From a virus, in IMG/VR virus record IMGVR_UViG_3300020193_000003: a stretch of 64,000 nt of DNA; one strand, given 5' to 3'. Below, in pieces: positions 52,639 to 63,900 of this stretch (positions are counted from its first letter, which is position 1; the number at the start of each line of letters is the position of its first letter). The position numbers and the translations under genes were made by a program. The notes beneath the pieces are model-generated. The model saw nothing but the letters and a program-made list of their open reading frames with translations. It made no database searches and had not been told where the DNA came from.

Positions 52639-54858
52639 ATGGCGTGGAACTCCCGAACCAACAAGAACCTCGGAACTGACAGGACAAAGGCGCTGAATCC
52701 TGGCGCCCCGGTGGCCTACAACCCATCGCAGGTCGGCAGGCCGTACAGGGACTCGTGGGACATCGAGCGCGCATACCGCGAGGGATTCCAGAAGGTCACC
52801 TGGGTGAATCGTTGCATCGACGCGATTTCCGGGAACCAATCTCGCCTACCCATGATCCTGCGGGAGGACAACAACCCATCGGGGAGAGTGGTCAGGAAGA
52901 CGGACAGGAAGATACTGGACATCTTCAACACCAAGGCGAACATGGGGGAGAACTCGTTCGTGTTCCGCTACAGGTTGTCGTCGCAACTGCTCATGTCGTC
53001 GCGCGGGGCCTTCATCGAGAAGATCAGGGGGCGCGACGGCGAGCTGATCGCCCTCCAGTTGCTCCCACCCCAGCACACCGCCCCGATACCCGACCCGAAG
53101 AAGTTCGTGTCCGGCTTCGAGGTGGACATGCGCAACGGAACGAAGGTGACGCTAAAACCGGACGACGTGGTGTGGATCAGGAAGCCGCACCCCCTCGACC
53201 CGTACCTGTCGCTCACGCCAATGGAGTCCGCTGGCATAGCCATAGAGATAGAGAATCTCTCCAAGCTCTACAACAGGAACTTCCTGCTCAACGACGGTAG
53301 GCCGGGCGGCCTGCTGGTCGTCAGGGGCGAGATAGACGACGACGACAAGGACGAGTTGCGCAACCGGTTCAGGGGAAACGTCGCTAGGGCGGGGGCCGTG
53401 ACCGTGCTGTCCTCGGACGAGGGCGTCGACTTCGTGGACACCGGCCAAAGCCCGAGGGACGCAAACTACGTGCAGATGCGCCAGATACAGAAGGAGGAGA
53501 TTCTCGCCGCCTTCGGAGTCCCCGAGTCCGTGATCGGCAACGCCGCCGGCCGGACGTTCGCCAACGCCGCCGAGGAGCACAAGGTGTTCTGGAACGAGAC
53601 GATGCTCCCCCACCTCGAGACGATCGCGAGGGCCCTGGACGAACTGGACGACCAGTACTACATCGACTTCGACGTGACCGACGTGCCGGTCCTCGTTCTC
53701 TACAAGCAGGAGAGGGACAGGTACCTGATGACCGAGTACCAGACGGGTCTCATCAGCGGCAACGAGTACAGGGAGGGCGCAGGGCGCAAAGTGATCGACT
53801 CCGAGCTGATGAACGCCATGCTCGCCAACCCGAACCTAACCCCGATCGGCTACACGAACAAGAAGTTCGTGCAGCAGCAGATGGGCATCCCCGGCATGGG
53901 CGGGGCGCCACCGCCGGCCGGAATGCCTGGCGGACCGATGATTCCCGGCATGGGGCAAATGCCACCGGTTCCGGGCGCCCCGGCAGTCGAGGGGGTCGCA
54001 CCCGCCCCGCAGGAGGGCATGACGGCGGCGCTGCAGGCGGAGGAGGTCGCGGCAGCGCAAGCCGGGCAGATGGCGCAGGCGTCGGCGTTCGGTGACCAGG
54101 TGACGACGAAATCGCTGTGGGACGAATGGGACGAGAAGGCCGAGAACTCACTCGACAGGTGGACCGAGATACTGGACTCGTCCCTTGAGCGTTTCGTGGA
54201 GCGCCAGCAGAGGGTGATACTCGAGAAAGCCGCCGGCTCCAAATCGAGGAAGTCGCTGGAGGCGGGGAGCCTTGACTACGAGAGCATCTTCGACCAGAGG
54301 ATATGGGATAAGCAGCTGGCGGAGGACATGCGCCCGATCCTCAGCGGGATAATGAACGACGCCGCGACGCTCGTCTCCCAGGAGGTCGGAATGCAGGCCG
54401 AGATAGACGAGAAGGAGGCGGCGGAGCACCTAAAGGAACAGATCGAGAGATTCCAGCAGATGAACGCCACCACCGCCAAGGAAATAGAGGGTGCCGTGCT
54501 GATATCGCTCTCCCTCGGCGACGGCGAGGACAAGATGGGGATGCTGAAGGCCGCCCTGCTGGCGATATTCGTCAACCTGCTGTCCAAGCGGAAGAGGAGG
54601 ACGGCGGAGCACGAGTCCCACACCGCCTACAACGCCGGGGCGTTCTACGCAGGTCGCTCGGTCGGCGCAGCCACGAAAACCTGGGTATCGGAAAAAGACG
54701 CGAAGGTCAGGCCCGAGCACGCCGCCATGCACGGCGAGACGGTGCCGATTTACGAGCCGTTCGTCTTCGGCGGAAACTCCATCAGGTACCCGGGTGATCC
54801 GATGGCGGCGATCAACTTGACGATAAATTGCCGGTGCAAAGTGAGGTTCGGGTTCTGA
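52639..54858 (+). CDS. Portal protein fused to a MuF-like minor head domain
   Basis: HK97-type portal motifs (N.GRPGG, I.AAFGVP, N.YR); P/G/M-rich linker; C-terminal KTW....D.KVRPEH...HG...YPGDP...INCRC. Confidence 0.88.
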   Translation: MAWNSRTNKNLGTDRTKALNPGAPVAYNPSQVGRPYRDSWDIERAYREGFQKVTWVNRCIDAISGNQSRLPMILREDNNPSGRVVRKTDRKILDIFNTKANMGENSFVFRYRLSSQLLMSSRGAFIEKIRGRDGELIALQLLPPQHTAPIPDPKKFVSGFEVDMRNGTKVTLKPDDVVWIRKPHPLDPYLSLTPMESAGIAIEIENLSKLYNRNFLLNDGRPGGLLVVRGEIDDDDKDELRNRFRGNVARAGAVTVLSSDEGVDFVDTGQSPRDANYVQMRQIQKEEILAAFGVPESVIGNAAGRTFANAAEEHKVFWNETMLPHLETIARALDELDDQYYIDFDVTDVPVLVLYKQERDRYLMTEYQTGLISGNEYREGAGRKVIDSELMNAMLANPNLTPIGYTNKKFVQQQMGIPGMGGAPPPAGMPGGPMIPGMGQMPPVPGAPAVEGVAPAPQEGMTAALQAEEVAAAQAGQMAQASAFGDQVTTKSLWDEWDEKAENSLDRWTEILDSSLERFVERQQRVILEKAAGSKSRKSLEAGSLDYESIFDQRIWDKQLAEDMRPILSGIMNDAATLVSQEVGMQAEIDEKEAAEHLKEQIERFQQMNATTAKEIEGAVLISLSLGDGEDKMGMLKAALLAIFVNLLSKRKRRTAEHESHTAYNAGAFYAGRSVGAATKTWVSEKDAKVRPEHAAMHGETVPIYEPFVFGGNSIRYPGDPMAAINLTINCRCKVRFGF

Positions 54859-54887
54859 TTTAGTAAACAGCGTTTGAGTTTACTAAA
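54859..54887. other. Perfect 10-bp AT-rich inverted repeat (terminator or operator)
   Basis: TTTAGTAAAC-agcgtttga-GTTTACTAAA right after the portal stop. Confidence 0.6.
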
Positions 54888-54944
54888 ACGAATACGAAAA
54901 CCTTACGCCAGAAACAATTCTCGTCGTTTATTATGTAACGAGAC

Positions 54945-57900
54945 ATGACCAACCAGCAAACCTCCGACGATCTGGACTACCTCTACAAGTCTCTCAACGG
55001 TCAGATAAACGTCGATGAGGCGCAGGGCATAGTCGAGGCGTTCGTCGCCGGCGTCGGCAACAAGGACGCCGTGGGTGACATCTGTCTGCCGGGGTGCTTT
55101 ACCTCGTCCCTCAAGCGCAGGAAGCCTCGCGTCGTCTGGGGCCACGACTGGAACTCCCCGATCGGCAAGGTGCTCGAGATCTACGAGGTCGGGCCCAACG
55201 ACCCGCGCCTGCCGGCAAAGATGCGCAAGGCGGGCATAGGTGGCCTCTACGCAAGGGTGCAGTTCAACCTCAAGGCGGAGAAGGGCAGGGAGGCTTTCGC
55301 CAACGTGTCGTTCTTCGGCATGGAGCAGGAGTGGTCCATCGGGTACAAGACCCTGGACGCGGTGTTCGACCCGGTGCAGACCGCCAACCTCCTGAAGGAA
55401 GTGGAGCTCTACGAGGTGTCGCCGGTCTTGCACGGAGCGAACCAGCTGACGGGGACGATATCCATCAAGGCGGACGAGGCCGAAACGCAGACCAAGGAGG
55501 GGCAGGAAAAGGCGGGCAAGCCCGTCTTGCGCGACCCCAAGGGCGGACTCACGGCGGCCGGTCGGGCCCACTTCAAGCGCACCGAGGGCGCAAATCTGAA
55601 ACCGGGCGTGATGGGCGCGGCCGACACGCCGGAGAAAATGCGCAGGAAGGGTTCCTTCCTCACCCGCTTCTTCACCAATCCGAGCGGTCCGATGAAGAAG
55701 CCGAACGGCAAGCCCTCGAGGCTTGCCCTTTCGGCCGCGGCGTGGGGCGAGCCGGTGCCGCAGAACGCGTCCGACGCATCCGCGTTGGCGGCGAAGGGTC
55801 GTCGCCTGCTCGAGAGGTACGAGAACTCGAAGAAGAACAAGAAGAAGGACGACGCAGACTCGGTGGAGAACAAGAACTATGTCGCGGCCATCTACTCCGC
55901 CACGAGCGCGCAGCAGAACGAGACGTTCGGCAGGGCATCCGAGCTGACCAGGGCGTTGGCCGCGAGGTTCGGCGGCCCCGTGAGACTGGTGACGGCCGAC
56001 AACGACATAGCGGTGTTCGAGATGGGCGCTGGCGCGTCGGTGGAGACGATGAGGGTCGCGTACCACTACGACGGCGACGAGTTCATGTTCGGCACGGCTC
56101 AGCAGGTGAAGCCCGAGACCGTCTACATCCCGATCAACCAGACGACATCCGGCCAGACGGTCGGCGGGGTCACGACGGGAATAACCCCGAACGTCGGGCA
56201 CCACGCAGGCCACGTCGGTCACGAGGGACACTGCTGTCCTTCCTGCGGAAACGGCGGCAACTGCGACGCATCGGTGGCGCTCACGCGGGGCGAGAGTCCG
56301 AGGATCGCCTTCATGAAACTGAAGTCGCTCGGCGACCAGCTCAACTTTGAGGTCGTGCCGGTCAACGGAGGTTTCCTCCTGAAGGGGTTCGGGTTCCTTT
56401 CCGTCGAGGCGCAGAACTTCGTCGTCAACAAGATAGAGCAGGGAATGAGCCGGAAGTTCGTGAACCCGACGGGGATGGCCATGCGCAGGGGTCTCGGCGT
56501 TCCGAACATAGGTGGTGCCGTGCGCGGTTTCAACGTCGACATGAACCCGTTCACCGCGAGGGACGCCGACCTGGACAAGCTGGTGCTCGAGGGCAACCCG
56601 CTCGTCAACATGGGCCGCGGAGTGCCGGACCCGACGCCGTTCGGGATCCCGGATGGGCCGCGCTTCGGTGATCCGAACATTCCGAGGGTTTCCGACAGAA
56701 TGAATCAAAGACGCCCGCTGATGATGCCGGCGGTGCCCGAGCCGACCGAGGTCCCGGAACCAGCCAAGGAACCAAAGCCGGTGACGGAACCGTCGCCGTT
56801 CGTGCCCAAGCCGAACAGGCCCCCGACCCCAGTTCCGCAACCGGAACCGGAGACGGAGCCGGTCGTGCCCGTTCCCGTGCCCGAGCCGGAGAGAGAGCCG
56901 GTCCCGGTGCGTCCGCAACCAATCAGGCCGACGGTGCCCGTGCGCCCCCTCGTTCCGACTGGCAGGAGGCGTATTCCAAAGAGGTTGGCGGAGGACTTGG
57001 CGCGAGCAGATTCGTTCGACCGCCCGAGCAGGCAGACGAGGCAGCGTCGCCTCAGGGACCAGGGAATCGACGAAATGCGGAGACTGATGCTCCTCGACGG
57101 ACCGGAAGCTGGAATGAGCAACCAGGACTCTCGCCCATTCGTCGGGCGGACGGACATCGAGTCCCGGGAACGGGAATTCTACGAATTGATGCTGGACGAA
57201 CGAAGGGCCGACGACGCACGCACGACTGGCGACACGAGCGTTCTGCGTCCCCGAATACTCGACGATATTTTGGAATATCTCGGAGACGAGAACGAAGACG
57301 ATCCGGATTACGTCCCGTCTGCCGATGAGATCGCCTCTTTGGCGCAGGAATTGGCAGAGGAGGCAGTCGAAAAATTCATAAACGAGGATTATTACGTTGG
57401 CGGCTCGTCCAGCAACCCTGTGTACAGGGGAAGGAACAACAGGGACCTGTGGCCCAGGCGCGACGAAATCTTCAGGAAATTCAGCGGAGGCGACGGGGAA
57501 GCCGGAATGAGCAGAGGCGGAGGCGGCCCCGACGAATTGGCCGACAGATTCCGTCAGGCTCGAGAGGAGAGAGAGCAGCCCGGCAGCAGAGGTCTTGACG
57601 ACGATACGTCGGCAATGTTTAGACAGGCTGAGGATTCTTTGCGCGGAAGTTTCCGTCCGAAGACCAACGAAGTTGATAGGTACGAGTACAGCGACCGAGA
57701 CAACATCAATGCCATGCGGTCGCAGGCCGAAATAATGAGGACGGACTACAACGACGAAGAAGCCGCCCAACTCTTTGAGCAGGCCGCGGACATCCTTGAA
57801 GATCGACTCGCAATGCCCAAGGACGGCGAAATCGTAGACGACGGTACCGAAGTGGAGCGCGAGCTGCTTGAGGCGGAGCGGATTGGGCTTGCGAACTTGT

Positions 57901-60900
57901 CGGCACGACGCGAGAAGATGCGGGATTCCGGGATGTCTCCGGATTATTCGGTCAGATCCCCGAGCTGGCGCGGTCAGGGTGAATTCTGGCTTGACACCTC
58001 GACGGGGAGAATCTTTTACAGGGACTCCACTGACTTCGAGGATGGGGACGGTTTTGACGGGGAATTCGTGGACATAGCGGGGGTGCAGTCGCAAGACGCC
58101 GATTGGATCCGCGAGAGTCTGCTCGCCAATTGGGACTCAATAGGTTTCAACGCCCGGGGCGACTTCGTCTACAGGGGCGTCGACTTCGGGCAGGCGATGG
58201 ATCCCAACGACCCGCCACCGCCGCTTGACAATCGCGGGGAGTTGATACCGAACCAGGAAGTGGTCATATTCAGCGCGGAGCAAATCGCCTCCAGGCCCAG
58301 GACCAGGGACGACGACATCGTCGACGGGGAGATCGTCGACGGGGATGCCGGAATGGCCGGTCCGAACAGGAACAGACGCCGTGGACGCGCCGTGAGAATC
58401 GATTCCGAAGAAACGCTCGAGGAAGTTTTCAGGAGAAGAAGGAACGGGGAAGACATCTCGGACATGATGGAGGACATTGACCTGCCGAATCCGGGAGACC
58501 GTGCCATCACGGACCCACCCCCGGGTGCGGACGCCGGAATGGCCGGTCGTGCCAGGACCAGGGAGGAGAACGCGGACCTGGGGAGAAGGATCTGGTTGGC
58601 AAGGACCCACGACAAGCTGTCGTTGGACGAGGCCGGCCGCCGCTTCAGGACGTCCAGGCAGAGGGCCAGGCAGCTTGAGCTACTCCATCACAAGTACCTG
58701 CGCAACCTTGGTCAGTACCACGCAAACAGGCTCGCACGGGCGATGGTCGACGACCCGATGACCGGTCTCACCGACGCCGAGGCGGATCTGCTCAGGCGAC
58801 GTCTCGACGGCGAATTGCTCGAGGAGGCGGCTGAGCGACTGAGGACGGACAGGTTCGCCATCAGGCGCATGGAGCAGCTCGCCCTCGCCAAGCTGAGGAA
58901 CAGGATGATCGATGATGGTCCGTCGGGTGCGATGGCCCCCAGTCGTGGAGGCAGGGCGGTGGACGCCGCCCGCCCAAAAGCACCAGGGGCCGAAAGGCCC
59001 GGAAGCCGAAGAAGAAGAAACGCAGTTGATCCGAGTTTCATAGAGATCCTCGACTCGCTGAAGGAGTCGGGCGAGGACGGCCTGACCAACGCGCAGAGAG
59101 TGCGACTGGCGGCCCTGATGCGATTCCGTCGTGTGATCAGCAACAAGATAGACCAGTTGATGGTCGGCGGGTCGCGTCGTCGCCGCCTGTCCGCCGTCGC
59201 CCCGGAGGTCGACCAGCTCAACAAGTCCATGCGCGGCCCGTTCTCTTCGCTGGCCGAGGCCGCGAAGATAACCACGGGCAGTCCGAGGGATTTTGTCTCC
59301 TCCGCCATCAAGGTTGCGAACGGTGAGCAGGATCCGCTCGACATTGACGGACCGATAAACGTCCAGGTATTCGAGGCATTGCGGGCCACGAACGACGATT
59401 TCGCCGCTGTCGCCAGGAGCCTGGGCATGGACGAGGAGGTCGTTCGCCTGCGAGCCGCGGCCCACACGTTGAGGTTGCTCGCCTCGGCGATGCCAGTCAG
59501 GATGGGGGTGCACAGGCGCCTGGAGAGCAGCGGTGACGCTCTGACGTCGATTGAGCGTTACATCGTTAGGGCGTGGCTGAACGGAGCATCGGACCTTGAC
59601 ATTGCCGAGAGGATGGGAGACGGATTCGACGCGGCGCGCGTCGGCGCCACGAAGGTGACGGCGCTCACGAAGCTTCGGGTAGACGTGAACTCACCGGAGA
59701 TGCGCAGCAGGGTGGTCGACGGGAGGATCTTCTACGACGAGTTCGGTCTGTTCGTCGAGCTGACCGACGACGCCGGGGTCACTACCTACAACAGGATCGG
59801 CGACGGGCCGATGAGCATGATGGACGACGACGCATCCGGGGGTATGTCGGCCCCCAAGCGCAGGGTCGTGTTTGCGGACTTCGGCGACGGGGGCAGGGAA
59901 TACGTGGTCACGAGGACAGTCCAGAGGGACAGGGCGAACCCGAGCATGGAGTCAGTGATGATGATGCCGGTAAGGGGCGACGACCAGGCGACGGTGTCTA
60001 CGCTCATCGGCAGGCAGCTGTTGGGCGACGATCGCGGGGCGAACCTCGAGTTCCCGGCGATTCTTTTGAAATCGGACGGAAGGATCACTGGCGTGGCCGA
60101 CCTCTCCGGCAACGCGGTTCGCTTCTACGGGTCGCGCGTCATCAACGGATCCACCCCTCGCGTCGCCGAGAGGGTTGACGCGATAAGGGCCAACGACTCG
60201 GCGGCAAGGACGAAGATGGACCAGGACGTCGAGGGCGCCGAGAGGAGGCTGAGGGGTCTCATGAGGGCGCTGGACCACCTGATTAGCACGGGCGACTGGA
60301 TCGGAGGCGATGCGAACGTCACCGGGAGGGTCCCCGAATACGCGACCATGATGAGGTACGGACTCGACTCCGACGACGACGGGACGCCGATCACTCCGCG
60401 CAACAGGACCAAGGAGCAGTTTGAGCTGGACGAGGCGGAGTTCTTCCTGTCCAGGTACCCGAACGCTTCCGATGACAGGGTGGAGCAGCACGTCCAGCAA
60501 GCCACGTCGGACAGACTCGCCCAGGTGAGCAGGAAGGTCGATATCGCAAAGAAAGAGCTCGACAGGCTCCAGCACGTCCGGGACTCCAAGGAGGTCAGGC
60601 GCTCCCAGAACGTCGTTGACCTCGAGACGCTTGACGACGAGACGGCGAGGATGCTCGCCGACGAAACCAGATTCCTTGCGTCCATGTCCGGGCAGGATTA
60701 CGACGCCGCCGGCGTGTCGAAGGGCGCTGACGGTTTCGCTTACGTGGTCCACAAGGGACCGGACAGGCTCTCGGGCGGCGTGCTTGACCCTCGCATGTCG
60801 GCGGGCGTCGCGGGCCGCGCCGGGTCGGTGGCCGGGCAGGGCGACACGAGGGGGGCGAACAGGACCTACGTAGCGAGGTTCCTGCAGTCTGCGGAGGCGA

Positions 60901-63900
60901 AGTCCGACATGGTCAGGCACTCGTCCGACCTCGCCGCGAGGATCGCCCGAGGCGAGGCGGTCGTCACCGCACACCCGTCGATACGTGGGGCGTTGAGGGC
61001 GCAATCCCAGCTCCTGTCGAGGGCATTCGGCGAAGGCGGAGTGCTGAACATGGAGAACTTCGACGAGGCGCGCGTCGCCGCGATCGTCGCGGATGTCAAC
61101 AGGTTCGTCGACGCCCAGAAACGCGACCTCCAGCGCTACCAGAAGATAAGGGATTCGTTGACGAAGTTCGGCGGGAGGGACATGGATCAAATGCTGTCCG
61201 CCGAGTCGGACGCCACGCGTGCGGTCGGTTCCCTTAACTTCTACGGAAGGTACGCCGATTTTGACCTGCCCCGCGACATCGTCAGCTTCTCGCCGGGGTT
61301 CACGGACGGGCTCACGAGAAGGTGGACCCCCGTGGACGAAACGATGCTCGACCGGTGGGAGTTGACGGGCTCGCTGCGCGGCGGGGCGTTCTTGGCGGCG
61401 GGCAGGCTGGACGCGGAGATAGTCAGGGGCGGGCTGCTCGGACCGAGCGGCGAGTCGCAGATAATAGCCCCACTCAAGCCCCTGATCGGAATTTCGACGC
61501 CGGTCAGGATCACGGACGACGTTGCGCCGAGCGACCCGAAGTTCCTGGTGCAGAGCCTCGGCCCGGCCCTGATGGCTAGGGCCATAAAGATGCACAAGCG
61601 CGACGGGTTCGTGGACATTGAGACCGTCCTGACGGACCCGGACTTGGCACCGCAGGGTTACGTCGCGCGAACCGGGGACGCCGAGGCCGGCATGGCCGCG
61701 CTGGAACCGCGCAGGCCGATCCTTGACGAGCGCGGAAGGCTCGACCCGGTTTTGACGCGCGACGAAGCATACCTGGACGACAGGGAGGAGAGGGGTCTGC
61801 CAGATGGACCGATGCAGAGACTCCTCGTCCCGCAGACTCCGTCCACGTTCATCGAGGCCCCTCCTGGTGACCTCACGCCCGAGACGAGGAGGGCTCCGTG
61901 GGCGATCGGGTACACGAGTTCGGAGGCGGACATCGCCATTGGACTGGACGAGGATTACCCGGAACGACTGGTTCACGTCGTGGCACCCTCGGCGTTGCCG
62001 CCAGACAACGCGAAATTCCCCGTGAGCGAGTCGGGCCCGCATCTGATGCTCGACCGGGAACCGCTGGACTTCCTGGTTCACGTGTTGAACGACATCAACC
62101 GCATGACGGTGGAGGAGAGGGAAGCCTCGGAGAGATCGCTCTCGGACAGGGGCTTCGAGATCGAAAGATCGGAGTTCGACCCCCCGGACGATTTCACCCC
62201 GAGAGAACGTCACCCGACCTACCTGGTCGTCGACATCAGGGGCGAGCCGCAACTTCAGGGTCCCACCGGAACCGGGACCACGAGAATCATCAGGGTCAGG
62301 GAAATCCTGAGGTTCAGACTGTCAAGCCAGGCCGACGAATCCCAGCCCGGCGGAGGACCGTTCTGGAGGCGAATCGACCCCGAGGCGGTCGCGAGAGGGG
62401 AACCTGGGAGAACCACGACCGAAAGCTTGGGGTACATGGACTTCGTGATAGACGTCGACCCAACCTACGACGGAGACCTCCTTGACGGCGAGAGAGAGGT
62501 GAGGATAAAACCGGAGAGCATCATCGGGAGAATAGTCTCCGCCGAGGAGTTGTCCGTCAGCTCCCATGTGACGAGGCAGATCTACCAAGGGGACGGCGTT
62601 CGCTTCATGAGGTACCCGCGCCCCTACGGTCGCTCCGGCGGCGACGCAGAGGCAGGGATGGCACTCGCTCCCCGTACGGCCGATCTGGTCGCAAGGACGG
62701 AGAAGTACTTCCCGTCGGACGACAGGAACGACTGGCTGATCCCAGAGTCCGTCATGCCGGACAGGGAACAGGCGGAGCTCCTCGGCCTGCTCCGCGACGC
62801 GCTCGGCGGCAAGGGGCTGACGCTGGGAGGAGAGCAGAGGTGGCGGATGCTCCTGCTCAAGGCTGAGTCCCTCCGTCGCGTGCAAAGCCTGAGGGGCGAG
62901 CTGCCGCACGAAAGGGACGAGATCGGCGTCTCGATGTACGACACGTTCGCGGCCGACACCGACACGGGATACGGGCAGCTCATTCCGTTCGTGGAACCAG
63001 GGACGACGACGCACATTCGTTACGACAAGAGCGGGAACCCAGTCGAGTACATCCCGGTCAGGATCGGCAGGAGCATCGCCGACGCCGCAACGTTCGAGTA
63101 CCACCCCGCGTCTCAGGTCAAGTACGCACTCATTCTCTCTGGCAGGCAGCTTAGGACCTGGAACCACCCCGAGGGAACTGCTCCGGGGGTTTCGCGGCGA
63201 GTAGCGAGCTGGGACGACGAGGGAGTCGAGCTCGACGTCCTCAGCGAGGAGATCCGCTTCCAGGCCTCGCGCACGAGGCAGATGGACGAACTTCTCGGCT
63301 TCACCGGCGACTCTCCGCAGAAAATAATCTTCGCTCTCCGCCGAGCGGCCAGCGACAAATCACCCAGACTCAGGGACAGGTTCGTGTACGACCCCTACGG
63401 ATACGTCGTTCTGTCCGACGCGCCGTGGAGGGAGGAGGACAGCGTCGTCGCCCTGCGCAGGTCCGAGAACTTCGCCGACCTGCAGAGACTGATCGCCGGC
63501 ATAAAGAAGGACGAAAAGTCGGTCAAGGTGACGCAGGTCGTCGGCTACAAGCCCGGCTCAAAGACGAGACCGTCGCTGGTCGACCGGGTCATCCGCTCGC
63601 CCAGGGTGGTCAGCGGCGTGGTGGACGAGATCACGGGGGAGTTCGTGCTCGACGGCAACGGAACCCCGCACGTCGTCGGGTACCTGCCCGACGGATCACC
63701 GATAGCCGTCGAGATCTCCGACTTGGTATACGACCGCGTCTCGCCGAGGCGAGCCGACGACGAATTCTCGCCGTCGAGGAACCGCGCTCCAGGCGGGGAT
63801 GCGGAAGCGGGGATGTCCTCCCCAACGAAGTCCAACCTCTACAACTACATAAGAATGCGGCTGAGGGGCGATGGCGACGACCAGGACAGGGATTACATCG

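Noticed and set aside
54903-58094. 1063-aa minus-strand ORF (and 59952-62252, 58680-59513, 62322-63167)
   Set aside because: Antisense shadows of the giant plus-strand ORF; no motifs and unnatural R/V/L/H composition.
57105-63820. [DE]AGM motifs as DNA repeats, CRISPR repeats or separate gene starts
   Set aside because: Codons are synonymously varied, spacing is irregular (186-1848 nt), and no stop codons precede the ATGs. Internal translation initiation cannot be fully excluded, but there is no consistent SD.
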